Below are positions 29,292-39,100 of a stretch of 64,000 bases of DNA, piece after piece; within the stretch, counting starts at the first letter, position 1, and each line of letters begins with the position of its first letter. Below the pieces are notes generated by a model. It ran no database searches, was not told the DNA's origin, and saw only the letters and a list, made by a program, of their open reading frames with translations. This DNA is from Bacillota bacterium (GTDB lineage Bacteria > Patescibacteriota > Minisyncoccia > Phycocordibacterales > Phycocordibacteraceae). The stretch is from positions 15,917-79,916 of the forward strand of contig JBLNCF010000004.1 in the NCBI GenBank assembly GCA_050260455.1. The letters are read 5' to 3'. Made by a program: the position numbers and the translations under genes.

Positions 29292-29948
29292 ATGTCCGGA
29301 CATCAGCCCGCAGGGCCGCATAACCGCGGCAGCAAGAATCCGTACCGAAACACGTGGACCTTCCTCGTGGTCGCGTTCGTTGTCTTTGGGGCGACGGTAT
29401 TTGTACTGTCATCCTTCGACTTGCTTCCGGATTCATCGCTTCGGGGAACGACCGCACCTACCGCATCCGATACAAAGAACGCGGATGCGCTCACTGGTGC
29501 AGTGCTTCCCGAAAAGATCGAAATTCCGAAGATAAAGTTGTCGGCAACGGTGGCCAATCCGACCACGACTGATGCGGATGTGCTTGATAAGGATCTGCTG
29601 TACGGAGCGGTACGGTATCCGACATCGGGCGGACTGGGCGCGAACGGCCAGAATGTCGTCCTCTTCGGACACTCGAGTTATCTTCCGGTCGTGCACAATC
29701 AGGCGTATAAGCTCTTCGACGGCATCCAGAACCTGACGAAAGGTGACCAGATTCTAGTCACTGGCAACGGCACGGTGTACGTATATCAGGTGGATACGGT
29801 CGCGAGTGCTGATGCAGAGACGGACGGTATTCCGCTTACCGTGTCGGGCAACCAGCTCACGCTTGTAACGTGCGATTCGTTCAAGACAAAGTCGGATCGG
29901 TTCGTTGTGGTCGCACATCTTGTGAATAGGTATCCGGCTGCGAGCTAA
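29292..29948 (+). CDS. sortase family transpeptidase
   Basis: 218 aa. N-terminal TM anchor. His (VVLFGHSSY), Cys in TLVTC and Arg (DRFVVVAHL) form the sortase catalytic triad. Confidence 0.82.
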   Translation: MSGHQPAGPHNRGSKNPYRNTWTFLVVAFVVFGATVFVLSSFDLLPDSSLRGTTAPTASDTKNADALTGAVLPEKIEIPKIKLSATVANPTTTDADVLDKDLLYGAVRYPTSGGLGANGQNVVLFGHSSYLPVVHNQAYKLFDGIQNLTKGDQILVTGNGTVYVYQVDTVASADAETDGIPLTVSGNQLTLVTCDSFKTKSDRFVVVAHLVNRYPAAS

Positions 29949-30043
29949 GCTCGTGGGTGGGTACCCCTTCATAAGGGGATGTAATTTGTACCTTTCGTTC
30001 ACCACAGTTCACCATATAGCCCCGACAAGGAGGAGGGACCCGC

Positions 30044-31243
30044 ATGGTCGACAATGGAAGTTGGCGACGGCGGCTTCGACGAGAGTATGGAGTGCCCGGC
30101 TGGGTGCTCTGGCTTCTCGCGGCTGTCGTTGTGATAGTGCTGATCGTGCTGGCCTTCACTCATCGTAAGGACATCGCCGCAGCACTTCATCTCGGTCGCC
30201 CACCAGCGGCCGCTCAAGCTCCGCAGCCGGCTGCTTCTTTGCCGCCGGAACCGCAGAAGCTTCTCACGGCGAACGACGGCCCGGCATTCCATGCCGTACC
30301 TCCGCCGCCCAAAGCAGGAACGCGAGCGTCGGCGCCAAAGCCGGCACCGCGATCTCCTGCGCCGACAGTACCGCGTCGTCCAGCTTCACCGCGCACGGGA
30401 ACTCCCGTAGTGGCGCAGCCTCGCGTGCCCTCCGGTCCCTGCACCCCAGGAACCGCGCTCGTGTGGCGTCACTCCGGTGGCGATCCGTACGCGCAGAACG
30501 AGAAGGAGGCCTACTCTGACGCCAAGCTGGATACGATGCTTGCCTGTAACGGTATCCCGCGTGAAGACTGGGCCGCCATCAAGCAGTACGTGCGTAATGC
30601 TGACAACGGCGCAAAAGTCGTGCTGAAGGAAGGTGGCCACTTCGCGACCATGATGTCCGGCAACGGGCACATGTTCCGGAACGGGACCGTCGCTATTCCA
30701 GGCGGTCAACGCGCGCTCGAGTTTGATGTCGAAGTGAACGGCCACCGGTACATCCTGGTCCTGCCCTTCGGGTGCTGGAACTGGATCGTCCTCGAGACGC
30801 CGCTCATTCAGCCTCCGGACTCGGACTGCATCACCCTCTCGTTCAACGCGGAAGAGGGTGGGCATGTGCGGTGGGGAATCGGCAGTGCCGAGGGCCCCGT
30901 CCCGCCTGATTGGTGCAACGCCCAACGCGAAGGCGAAGGACCGTGGCACGCATGGTGGGGCGAGTGCGACTGGTGCAAGCCAGCCCTGGCGTATATCCAG
31001 CGGATACTGGGGCCAAGTGCCCGGGTATACCACCGGTACTACTATCCCGTGAAGGAACGGCATCAGACGCTCCGCTTCTCGCGGGACATCTACCGCCAGG
31101 TGGTCTACATCTGTCTGGAGCATGCCAACAACGGAGGCAGGTCCTGCGGCGTCTACATGCGTCCGGAGGACTGGAAGGGGAGAACGCACGTCGAGATCCC
31201 CGACTCCCTCTGGCGGGAAGATAATGGTGACTGTCCCCACTAG
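30044..31243 (+). CDS. type II membrane-anchored protein with Pro-rich linker and Cys/Trp-rich ectodomain
   Basis: 399 aa. TM (WVLWLLAAVVVIVLIVLAF), about 100 aa P/A-rich linker, C-terminal domain with 12 Cys and many Trp. No known catalytic motif. Confidence 0.5.
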   Translation: MVDNGSWRRRLRREYGVPGWVLWLLAAVVVIVLIVLAFTHRKDIAAALHLGRPPAAAQAPQPAASLPPEPQKLLTANDGPAFHAVPPPPKAGTRASAPKPAPRSPAPTVPRRPASPRTGTPVVAQPRVPSGPCTPGTALVWRHSGGDPYAQNEKEAYSDAKLDTMLACNGIPREDWAAIKQYVRNADNGAKVVLKEGGHFATMMSGNGHMFRNGTVAIPGGQRALEFDVEVNGHRYILVLPFGCWNWIVLETPLIQPPDSDCITLSFNAEEGGHVRWGIGSAEGPVPPDWCNAQREGEGPWHAWWGECDWCKPALAYIQRILGPSARVYHRYYYPVKERHQTLRFSRDIYRQVVYICLEHANNGGRSCGVYMRPEDWKGRTHVEIPDSLWREDNGDCPH

Positions 31244-31375
31244 GGGACCGGGTTGGGAGGTGGTTCGCGCCGCGAGCCACCACCCAACTCTTTTTGTACG
31301 CCTCCGGCGAACGCTAGGAGGCAGGGGCGTTCATTAATTTCTTACCATTCACTTAGCAGTATCAAGAACAAGAGT

Positions 31376-33718
31376 ATGGAAACCATCACGAATCCTGCAG
31401 CGAAGAAGCATCGGCCGATTCTTATCGGTCTGTTGAGCGTGTTCCTCGTGTTCTCGATCGGTGTCGCTATTGCGGTTTCGACCGGTCTTGCGACTCCACC
31501 GCATGCGGACGCGCAGGTCGTTGGTCCTCCGTGCTGCACCACGCCCCCACCTCCGCCCCCACCCCCGCCTCCTCCGCCACCCCCACCTCCGCCACCCCCA
31601 CCTCCGCCACCTCCTCCGCCCCCGCCTCCTCCGCCACCCCCACCTCCGATTCCTCCGCCGCAGTGTACGCTCACGCCTTCGTCTTCGACCATCGCTCCTG
31701 GCGGGTCAGTGACTCTTACCTGGACCACGGTGAACGCCACCTCGGTGACCTTCGAGGGAGGCTCGGTGTCAGCTAACGGTTCTCGAACCGTCACGCCGTC
31801 GCAGGATGCAAGCTATCGTCTCGTAGCGCTTGGCGCTGGGGGGTCAGTTCACTGTGATGCAACGGTGCACATCGTAACTCCTACGCCACCGGCGCCAGTC
31901 TGTACGCTATCAGCGAATCCGACTTCAATAACAGCGGGAGGTGCATCCACGCTCACCTGGACTACGCATAACGCTACGTCCGTATACATTGATCATGGTG
32001 TCGGTACGGTTTCGACCAGTGGCTCGCGTTCTGTTGCGCCTAATGTCACCACTACGTACACACTCGTGGCTACTGGTTCGGGAGGGGAAGTGCACTGTAC
32101 TGCGACCATTACGGTAGTACCGGTCACTCATGCGCCGGTCTGTACGCTGTCAGCGAATCCGACCTCGATCACCGCAGGCGGTTCCTCGACGCTCACCTGG
32201 ACGACCAACAACGCTACGTCCGTATCCATTGATCAAGGTATCGGTGGGGTCGCTACCAACGGCTCACGATCTGTCTCGCCGGGGCATACTACGACCTACA
32301 CGCTTACGGCTACCGGTCCTGGTGGTACGGTGCACTGCAATGCCACTGTTACGGTAGTGAATGTCCCTGCTGCTCCGGTCTGTACGCTTTCGGTTTCGCC
32401 GAGCTCGATTACACGTGGCGATTCCTCGACGCTCACCTGGACCACTGATAACGCGACCTCCGTTTCCATCGACCAGGGCATTGGCTCTGTGTCGTATGAC
32501 GGTTCGCGCAGCGTATCGCCATCTGATACTAGGACCTATACGCTTACTGCTACCGGTTCAGGTGGTACCGTGCACTGCACCGCGACTGTCACGGTTCACT
32601 CGCCAAGTTCCAACGGTCCGTCCTGCACCATGGACATCTCCCCGTCGTCTATCTACGAGGGTGATACTGCCCGACTAACCTGGGACAGCAATCACGTGCA
32701 CCGCGTCCGTATTAATCAGGGCATCGGTGATGTCGATGACCAGGGTTCTCGTCGTGTATCACCAGACGACCTCGGTACTACACGTTATGAAGGAACCTTC
32801 TACGGCGACAATGGTGATGTGATTACCTGTTCCGCAACGCTCCGCGTCCGTGCACATGCAGCGTCTCCGCAGCACCTCGTGCTCGATTCGTTCTCGCTTC
32901 CGGGTCCCACTCCTCAGCCGCTGTCCTATGTGTACCTATCAGAGCTTCCGTACACAGGTCTCGATCTTGGGCCGACTGGCACAGCAATGTACTGGCTCAT
33001 GCTTATCCTCTGGAGTCTCGCGGTCGCGTACGTCGTCCTCTGGGGCGTCGTCCCGATGGCACTTCGCCGCGCGGGCATCATGGGCGCTGAAGTAGGACAT
33101 GCGATCAACGATCATCAGGATACGCACGCCGTACATGTTGATCTTCAGCATGCACCGGCCCCTGCTCCGGCTCCAGTGCGCCAGTCTTCCTACGAAGGAT
33201 TCAAGGCGCTCGCACAGAACGGCGAACTCACCATCGATGACATTGTGAAGGGTCTGTCGCGTGAAGCTGGCGAGGATCTACTTCCGCCTGCACACGAGGA
33301 ACCGGTTATTGCTGTGCAGCATGAAGAGGTCATCGTGGCTCCTGCTGCACCGTCTATCCCGAGCGCGCCAGTCGCTCCCGGAGCAGAGCTTCATGAGGAT
33401 GTTCCGGCATTCCTCGCAGCCCTTCTCGCAGGCGACAAGGATCGTGTCTACGGCATGATTCGCAGCGTCACCAAGTCTGGAGGCGATGCGCAGGCATTCC
33501 TCACGCACACCGTGTTCGCACTCGACGATGCCTACCGCGCCAAGGTAGAAGGTGCCCCGGTGCATCCGGAAGTAGCCAAGGTATGCGAGGACTGCGCTCC
33601 GAACTTCCTTGAGCGCCTCATCGGCACGCTCTCGACGGCGGTCGACTCAACTTACTCGACCGGCGTCACCGGTGTGAAGCTCGCAGTTACTCGCGCACTG
33701 TCGCTCATCGAAGGCTAA
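31376..33718 (+). CDS. surface protein: signal-anchor, 35-residue polyproline stalk, 5 tandem Ig-like repeats, LPYTG sorting signal + TM, extra C-terminal ~230-aa domain
   Basis: Start taken at the internal Met (METITNPAAKKHRPILIGLLSVFLVFSIGVAIAV). Repeats of about 80 aa each begin with Cys and end HC.AT. SELPYTG-LDLGPTGTA-[22 hydrophobic]-LRRAG is a classic tripartite sorting signal, but the ORF continues in frame. Confidence 0.65.
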   Translation: METITNPAAKKHRPILIGLLSVFLVFSIGVAIAVSTGLATPPHADAQVVGPPCCTTPPPPPPPPPPPPPPPPPPPPPPPPPPPPPPPPPPPIPPPQCTLTPSSSTIAPGGSVTLTWTTVNATSVTFEGGSVSANGSRTVTPSQDASYRLVALGAGGSVHCDATVHIVTPTPPAPVCTLSANPTSITAGGASTLTWTTHNATSVYIDHGVGTVSTSGSRSVAPNVTTTYTLVATGSGGEVHCTATITVVPVTHAPVCTLSANPTSITAGGSSTLTWTTNNATSVSIDQGIGGVATNGSRSVSPGHTTTYTLTATGPGGTVHCNATVTVVNVPAAPVCTLSVSPSSITRGDSSTLTWTTDNATSVSIDQGIGSVSYDGSRSVSPSDTRTYTLTATGSGGTVHCTATVTVHSPSSNGPSCTMDISPSSIYEGDTARLTWDSNHVHRVRINQGIGDVDDQGSRRVSPDDLGTTRYEGTFYGDNGDVITCSATLRVRAHAASPQHLVLDSFSLPGPTPQPLSYVYLSELPYTGLDLGPTGTAMYWLMLILWSLAVAYVVLWGVVPMALRRAGIMGAEVGHAINDHQDTHAVHVDLQHAPAPAPAPVRQSSYEGFKALAQNGELTIDDIVKGLSREAGEDLLPPAHEEPVIAVQHEEVIVAPAAPSIPSAPVAPGAELHEDVPAFLAALLAGDKDRVYGMIRSVTKSGGDAQAFLTHTVFALDDAYRAKVEGAPVHPEVAKVCEDCAPNFLERLIGTLSTAVDSTYSTGVTGVKLAVTRALSLIEG
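31544..31660 (+). repeat. proline-codon low-complexity tract (35 consecutive Pro, then IPPP)
   Basis: Codons ccc/cca/cct/ccg in a 15-nt-ish reiterated unit (ccacccccacctccg). Reads as poly-Gly on the opposite strand. Confidence 0.9.
31661..32860 (+). repeat. coding tandem repeat, about 240-bp period x5 (Ig-like modules)
   Basis: Cys codons recur at about 31664, 31901, 32141, 32381 and 32624. Copies 2-4 are about 80% identical at DNA level (ccggtctgtacgct.tcagcgaatccgac...). Confidence 0.85.
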
Positions 33719-33729
33719 AACGCCTACTA

Positions 33730-33770
33730 AAGAAAAGCGCTCCCACATCGGGAGCGCTTTTCTTTTTTGG
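33730..33770 (+). terminator. strong intrinsic terminator after the polyPro/Ig protein gene
   Basis: aaaagcgctccc-acatc-gggagcgctttt then cttttttgg. Confidence 0.85.
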
Positions 33771-33833
33771 CGGGAGGAGTATGCTCGAGAACAGGTTGGA
33801 ACGCCGGATATACGGCAGACAAGAGGTGAGGAA

Positions 33834-33986
33834 ATGACTTCCAGCATGCAGAAAAAGGCGACTACGGGCACCCTCGTTCTGATCGCATTCCTGGTCACGG
33901 CGCTGATCACGGGGGTCGTTGCTGGAATCAAGCAGGCCCAAAACCCCGGCCCGGGAATGCACGCCAAACTTACCCCGTTCCGCTAG
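33834..33986 (+). CDS. possible 50-aa small membrane protein
   Basis: Not in the ORF track (<60 aa). ATG preceded by GAGGTGAGGAA (SD-like). Encodes MTSSMQKKATTGTLVLIAFLVTALITGVVAGIKQ... with one TM. Confidence 0.25.
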   Translation: MTSSMQKKATTGTLVLIAFLVTALITGVVAGIKQAQNPGPGMHAKLTPFR

Positions 33987-34045
33987 GAACGAAAGCCAGG
34001 CCGTCCGCACAGAGCTGCGGGCGGCCTGAAATCATTTCAGATACA

Positions 34046-35791
34046 TTAAGAGCGAATACGCGCCTCTTCCGCGATACGCGCCGCAAAGTCTTCGGACTTC
34101 ATTGCGTCCTGCTTACCATGGTCGCGGCTTTCGATAGAAACCGTTCCCGCTTCTACTTCAGCATCGCCCACGACGAGCACGTACGGAATCTTCTCGGTTT
34201 TCGCGTTACGAATCTTCTTACCGAGCGACTCGTTCGCGGCATCTACATCTGCGCGAATGCCAACTGCTTTCAGCTCTCGCATCACTTGTTCTGCGTAGGG
34301 AAGGTGTTTCTCCGATACCGGAAGCACGCGTGTCTGGATGGGAGAGAGCCAGACCGGGAAATTGCCGGCGAAATGCTCGATCATTACGCCCATGAAGCGT
34401 TCGAGTGAACCAGAGATGGCGCGATGTATAACAACGGGGCGCTCTTTTTCGCCGGATTCATTCGTATATTCGAGCTGGAATCGCTCCGGTTGATTAAAGT
34501 CACACTGGATAGTGGCGAGCTGCCATTCGCGGCCGATAGCATCCTTGAACATAAAATCGAGCTTAGGGCCATAGAATGCAGCCTCTCCCTCAACACGCTT
34601 ATAGGGAAGGTTATTGGCTTTCGCCGCATCTTCTAGGGCTTTTTCCGCAACCTCCCATGCCTCATCAGTACCGAGATATTTTTCTCCAGGACCGCGCACT
34701 GAAAGGCTTACCCAGTATCCATCAAGCATGTTCATGGTCGAATAGAACTCCTTGACGATGTTGACGATCGTACCGACTTCTTCCTCAATCTGCGAAACAC
34801 GACAGAAAAGATGCCCATCGTCCTGCGTAATGGAACGGACACGTGTAAGACCTGCAAGCTGTCCGGTCTTTTCATCGCGGTACACCGTAGCTGGTTCAAA
34901 GTAGCGCACGGGCATGTCCCGATACGAGAACTGATTATCGAGGAAAAGTTGCATGTGATGCGGGCAGTTCATTGGCTTCAGGTGGAACTTCTCTTTACTG
35001 GTACCACCGTATACCGAGAACATGTCATCGAGATAGTGACCGGCATGACCGCTTACAACATAGAGATCTTCCTTCGCGAGATGCGGCGTCCATACGCGAT
35101 CGTAGCCTCTCTCCTTGTGAAGCTCCCACAGGTATTCCTCGATCTCGCGGCGTATGAGCGCACCCTTAGGTTGTAGGAGGGGGAGACCGGAACCGACAAG
35201 CGACGAGAGAGTAAAGAGCTTCAGGTCTTGTCCCAACTTGCGATGATCGCGCTTCTTCGCTTCTTCAATCTGCGCACGATACGCATCCAGATCTTCTTTT
35301 GTCTCGAACGCCAGTCCGTAAACGCGGGTGAGCATGGGCTTCGTTTCGTCGCCTCGCCAATAGGCTCCTGCGATGCGATCGAGCGCGAAGGAATCCGGCT
35401 TAATGTCGTGGGCCGGGGTCTCGGAATGACCGCCGCGGCAAAGATCAGTAAAGGAACCTGCCGTGTAGAGCGTAATGGGATCGCTTGCTTCAGTAATGCC
35501 ACCAATGATTTCAATCTTGTATTCGTTCCCAGCAAATCGGTCACGTGCATCTTTCTCCGAGACTTCCGTACCGGACATCTCTGTCCAAGAAGGCAGGAGG
35601 TCGCGCATGGCTTCTTCAAGCTGTGCGAGGTCCGATTCCTTGGGGGCGTCACCGCCCGAGAAATCAAAATCGTAATAAAAACCATTATCTACCGCAGGTC
35701 CGATCGTGGGTTTTGCGTGCGGATACCGTTCAAGGACTGCTGCGGCGAGCAGGTGGGCGAGTGTGTGGCGTTTTTCCTCGAGCGAAGCCAT
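34046..35791 (-). CDS. thrS: threonine--tRNA ligase (lacking N-terminal TGS domain)
   Basis: HRKLGQDLKLF, MNCPHHMQLF and class II motifs plus anticodon-binding domain. The track ORF starts at 35842 on a non-ATG codon inside a hairpin, so the likely start is the downstream ATG (MASLEEK...). Confidence 0.9.
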   Translation of the reverse strand: MASLEEKRHTLAHLLAAAVLERYPHAKPTIGPAVDNGFYYDFDFSGGDAPKESDLAQLEEAMRDLLPSWTEMSGTEVSEKDARDRFAGNEYKIEIIGGITEASDPITLYTAGSFTDLCRGGHSETPAHDIKPDSFALDRIAGAYWRGDETKPMLTRVYGLAFETKEDLDAYRAQIEEAKKRDHRKLGQDLKLFTLSSLVGSGLPLLQPKGALIRREIEEYLWELHKERGYDRVWTPHLAKEDLYVVSGHAGHYLDDMFSVYGGTSKEKFHLKPMNCPHHMQLFLDNQFSYRDMPVRYFEPATVYRDEKTGQLAGLTRVRSITQDDGHLFCRVSQIEEEVGTIVNIVKEFYSTMNMLDGYWVSLSVRGPGEKYLGTDEAWEVAEKALEDAAKANNLPYKRVEGEAAFYGPKLDFMFKDAIGREWQLATIQCDFNQPERFQLEYTNESGEKERPVVIHRAISGSLERFMGVMIEHFAGNFPVWLSPIQTRVLPVSEKHLPYAEQVMRELKAVGIRADVDAANESLGKKIRNAKTEKIPYVLVVGDAEVEAGTVSIESRDHGKQDAMKSEDFAARIAEEARIRS

Positions 35792-35810
35792 GGATATGAC
35801 AGAGGATAGC

Positions 35811-35848
35811 ATAAAACGAAATGTGGCTCCTCTCGGAGCCACATCGTT
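35811..35848 (-). terminator. intrinsic terminator-like hairpin immediately upstream of thrS
   Basis: On the minus strand: GAAAACGAUGUGGCUCC-GAGA-GGAGCCACAUUUCGUUUU (16-bp perfect stem + U-tract), about 20-55 nt before the thrS ATG. Confidence 0.65.
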
Positions 35849-36102
35849 TTCAGTAGACGCCCGTTTGATTACTAGTCGCCCGTTGTGCCACCGTCAGGGT
35901 GGTGAAGGGGTGGGCGACACAGACGCTGCATCTTTTTGTTTCTGAGTTTTCGATTCCTTTTTTTGAAGGAGGCAGGTTTTCTTGGCAGCTGATGAGCTGC
36001 CAAGACATCTTTTGGCATGCGCGGTCCGATTTGCACCGGCAGGTTCCTTCTATCAAGACGTGTGCATGTGCGGAACAAGAACGCGTTCCGGCATGTGTTA
36101 TA

Positions 36103-39100
36103 TCACAGCGCTTTCAGGTTCTCTATAGCGAGCGACAATTCACCATTCCGATTGCTTACGGTCGCCTTCACGAGCACACAGGTACCGGAGGCCACCGCCG
36201 CACCACGTTCTTTGTAGAGCTTGGGGAAGATGACTCCTTCGATGGAGGAGGATCGATCTTCAAACTTCACGAACGCCATCTTCTCTCCGGACTTGGTGAG
36301 TATGGTTCGGACTTCCTGTACAAGCACCGGAAGGATGACAGGGATGCCTGGACGTGGCTCTTCTTTGATCGCCGCGATGGTGGTGGAGGCCTTATCCGTC
36401 ATAACGCCATGACTATCGAGCGGATGACCAGAGACATAGATACCGAGCAGCTCCTTTTCCCACGCGAGTTTGTCTGCGAGTGAATCAGTACGGTCAGAGG
36501 CAGGAAGGTTAAGGGTGGGGGGCGCAAAATGTGCAGCACTGAAGAGCGAATCCTGCGGCGATTCGGCCGTTGCATCGCGATGGAAGGAAAGTAGTGTCTC
36601 TATGTGCATGAGGAGATGCGCACGACCGCCCTTGTCCTTGGCGAGGCTGTCGAGCGCTCCTGATTTGATGAGACACTCAAGTGATTTGCGATTCAGGTTC
36701 TTCGAGCGGACACGCGAAAGGAAATCAGAAAGGTCTTGGAAGGGACCACGTGCGTTTCGTTCCTCGATAATTGCTTGTGAAATCGCCTCACCAAAATTCT
36801 TGATGGTGGTGAGTCCGAAACGGATGGTGTCTTTCGCTTCGCCGGCGACGGTAAAGTCGGTGCCGCTCTCATTCACATCTGGCGGGAGCACGGGAATCTT
36901 CATGCGTTCACATTCCGCGACGAAGGTAGCGATGGAATCAGTGTCGCCGGAATCGGCCGTGAGCACCGCCGCCATGTACTCAACAGGGAAGTTCGCCTTC
37001 ATGTAAGAAGTCTGGTACGCGACTTTGCCGTAGCAGGCCGCATGCGCCTTGTTGAAGCCGTATGCGGCGAATGGCTCGATGAGCTTCCAGAGCGCCTGGG
37101 CTTTCTGGTCGGAAAGCTTTCCAAATTCTTTGAATCCCCTCATGAGTTTCTCCTTCTGCGCCTCCATCTCCTCCGGGATCTTCTTACCCATGGCCTTACG
37201 GAGCGTGTCCGCCTCAAGCCAGGAGTAGCCACCAAGTTTAATAGCAGTGAGGAGCACGTCGTCCTGGTACACGAGGAGGCCGTATGACGCATCGAGGTAC
37301 TCGGCCATGCGCGGATCGAGATAGCCGATCAAGCGAGGATTCTTCTTACGCTCAATGTATTGAGGAATGGTTTCCATCGGACCGGGACGGTAAAGCGCCA
37401 CCATGGCGTTGATGTCGTGGATGGTAGTGGGACGGAGTTCTTTCAAGTAGCGTGTCATGCCGGAGCCGTTCAACTGGAACGTGCCTTCGGTCTCCCCACG
37501 AGCGAGCATCTCAAATGTTCTCGTGTCGTCGAGCGGGATATTCTCGATATCGATATCGATATCGCGCGTCTCCTTCACGCGCGCGATAGCGTCCGCGAGG
37601 ATGGCGAGGTTCTTGATGCCGAGGAAGTCGAACTTAAGAAGGCCAGCATCTTCGACCGCGTGCATGTCGTACTGGGTGATGAGCTTGCCGGTTCTCGGGT
37701 CGATCTGAAGAGGTGTCCAGTCGGTGAGTGGGGTGGGGGCGATAACGACACCGGCAGCATGCACACCCGTATGACGCACACAGCCTTCGATGCGTTGTGC
37801 CAAATCTATGATTTGTCGCGTGTCATCGTCCTCGTCATAGAGCTTCTTCAACTCCGGCTCAAGTTCGAGGGCTCGCTCGATGGTCATGGGGAAGCCCTGA
37901 CTGCCCATAGGGATGAGCTTCGCGATTTGATCGCCGGTGCGATACGCATGACCAAGCGCCCGTGCGACATCGCGCACCGCTGCGCGCGCCATCATGGTGC
38001 CGAAGGTGCCGATCTGTGCGACGTGGTCTTCGCCGTACTTACGCTTCGCATACGCGATCATCTCGTCACGTCGGTTATCGGCGTAGTCCATATCGATATC
38101 CGGCGCCTTGGGACGCTCGGGATTGAGGAAGCGCTCGAACGGGAGCTTATAAAAGAGGGGGTCGACGTTCGTGATGCCGGTCAGATAGGACACCAGGGAA
38201 CCAGCAGCCGAGCCGCGGGTCGTGGTGAGAATGCCTACGGACTTTGCAAATTCGAGGAGGTCAGACACTGCGAGGAAGTACGGTGCGAAACCCTTGCTGA
38301 TGATGACATCGAGTTCGTATTCAATGCGCTCTTTCACTTCATCCGTGAGTTCCATCTTGCGGGTCTCAAGGCCCGCATACGTTTTCTCACGCAGCATGTC
38401 CTCGTGCGTTTTTCCGGGATCAGTCGGGATGGCAGGGAAGTTCCAGCTCCCGAGCTCCATTGTGACGTTGCAGCGCTCGGCGATCTCTACTGTGCGGTCA
38501 ACCGCATCTTCGTGGTCCTTAAACCACTTGCGGATGTCCTTTTCAGATATGAACGAGAAGTCTTCCTCCTCGTTGCTTCCATGTGCGTCATGACCGATGC
38601 GTCGCATCACCGCTGTCGCTTCGCGGTCGTCGGGGGAGAGGTAGTACACATCGTGCTGAGCGATGAGGGGTACGCCGGATTCTTCCGCAAGAGCGATGAT
38701 TTCCTGCATGCGCTCCTCGTGTCCGCTTACCCGCGGGTGATGTGTTATTTCAAGAAAGACATTGTTCTTGCCGAATATGGAAACGAATTCTGATAGCGAT
38801 GCGCCGGCACCCGCCTTATCACCTGCCTTTAAATACTGCGCGACCTCGCCTGCAAAAGAAGGAATGATGGCGATGAGCCCGCCCTTGTGCTCACGCAAGA
38901 GTTCCTTATCCATGCGTGGTTTATCAAAGAGACCCTCGGTGAACGCCTTCGTCACGAGGATCATGAGGTTGCGGTACCCCTCGTTATCTTCTGCGAGCAA
39001 CACGAGACGAGAGCGTTTGGATTCGTCACCGGGTGCTTTGTCAAAGCGTGAACGTGAAGCGATGTATGCATCGACGCCGATGATAGGTTTGATCCCCGCT

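Noticed and set aside
31342-31794. 150-aa minus-strand ORF encoding a long poly-Gly run
   Set aside because: Simply the reverse complement of the proline tract in the 31376 gene. The + strand protein has signal peptide, repeats and sorting signal.
31544-32860. Possibility that the regularly spaced repeats are a CRISPR array
   Set aside because: The periods (15 nt and about 240 nt) and the open reading frame throughout are incompatible with CRISPR repeat-spacer architecture (28-37-nt repeats, non-coding).
35795-36100. T-box riboswitch upstream of thrS
   Set aside because: The terminator hairpin and a GGUGG-containing hairpin are present, but I could not find the conserved T-box AGGGUGGNACCGCG sequence or a convincing specifier loop. 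It is kept only as a generic attenuator/sRNA hypothesis in the findings.
37360-38793. 477-aa + strand ORF inside dnaE
   Set aside because: Antisense to the dnaE coding strand. No recognisable domain.
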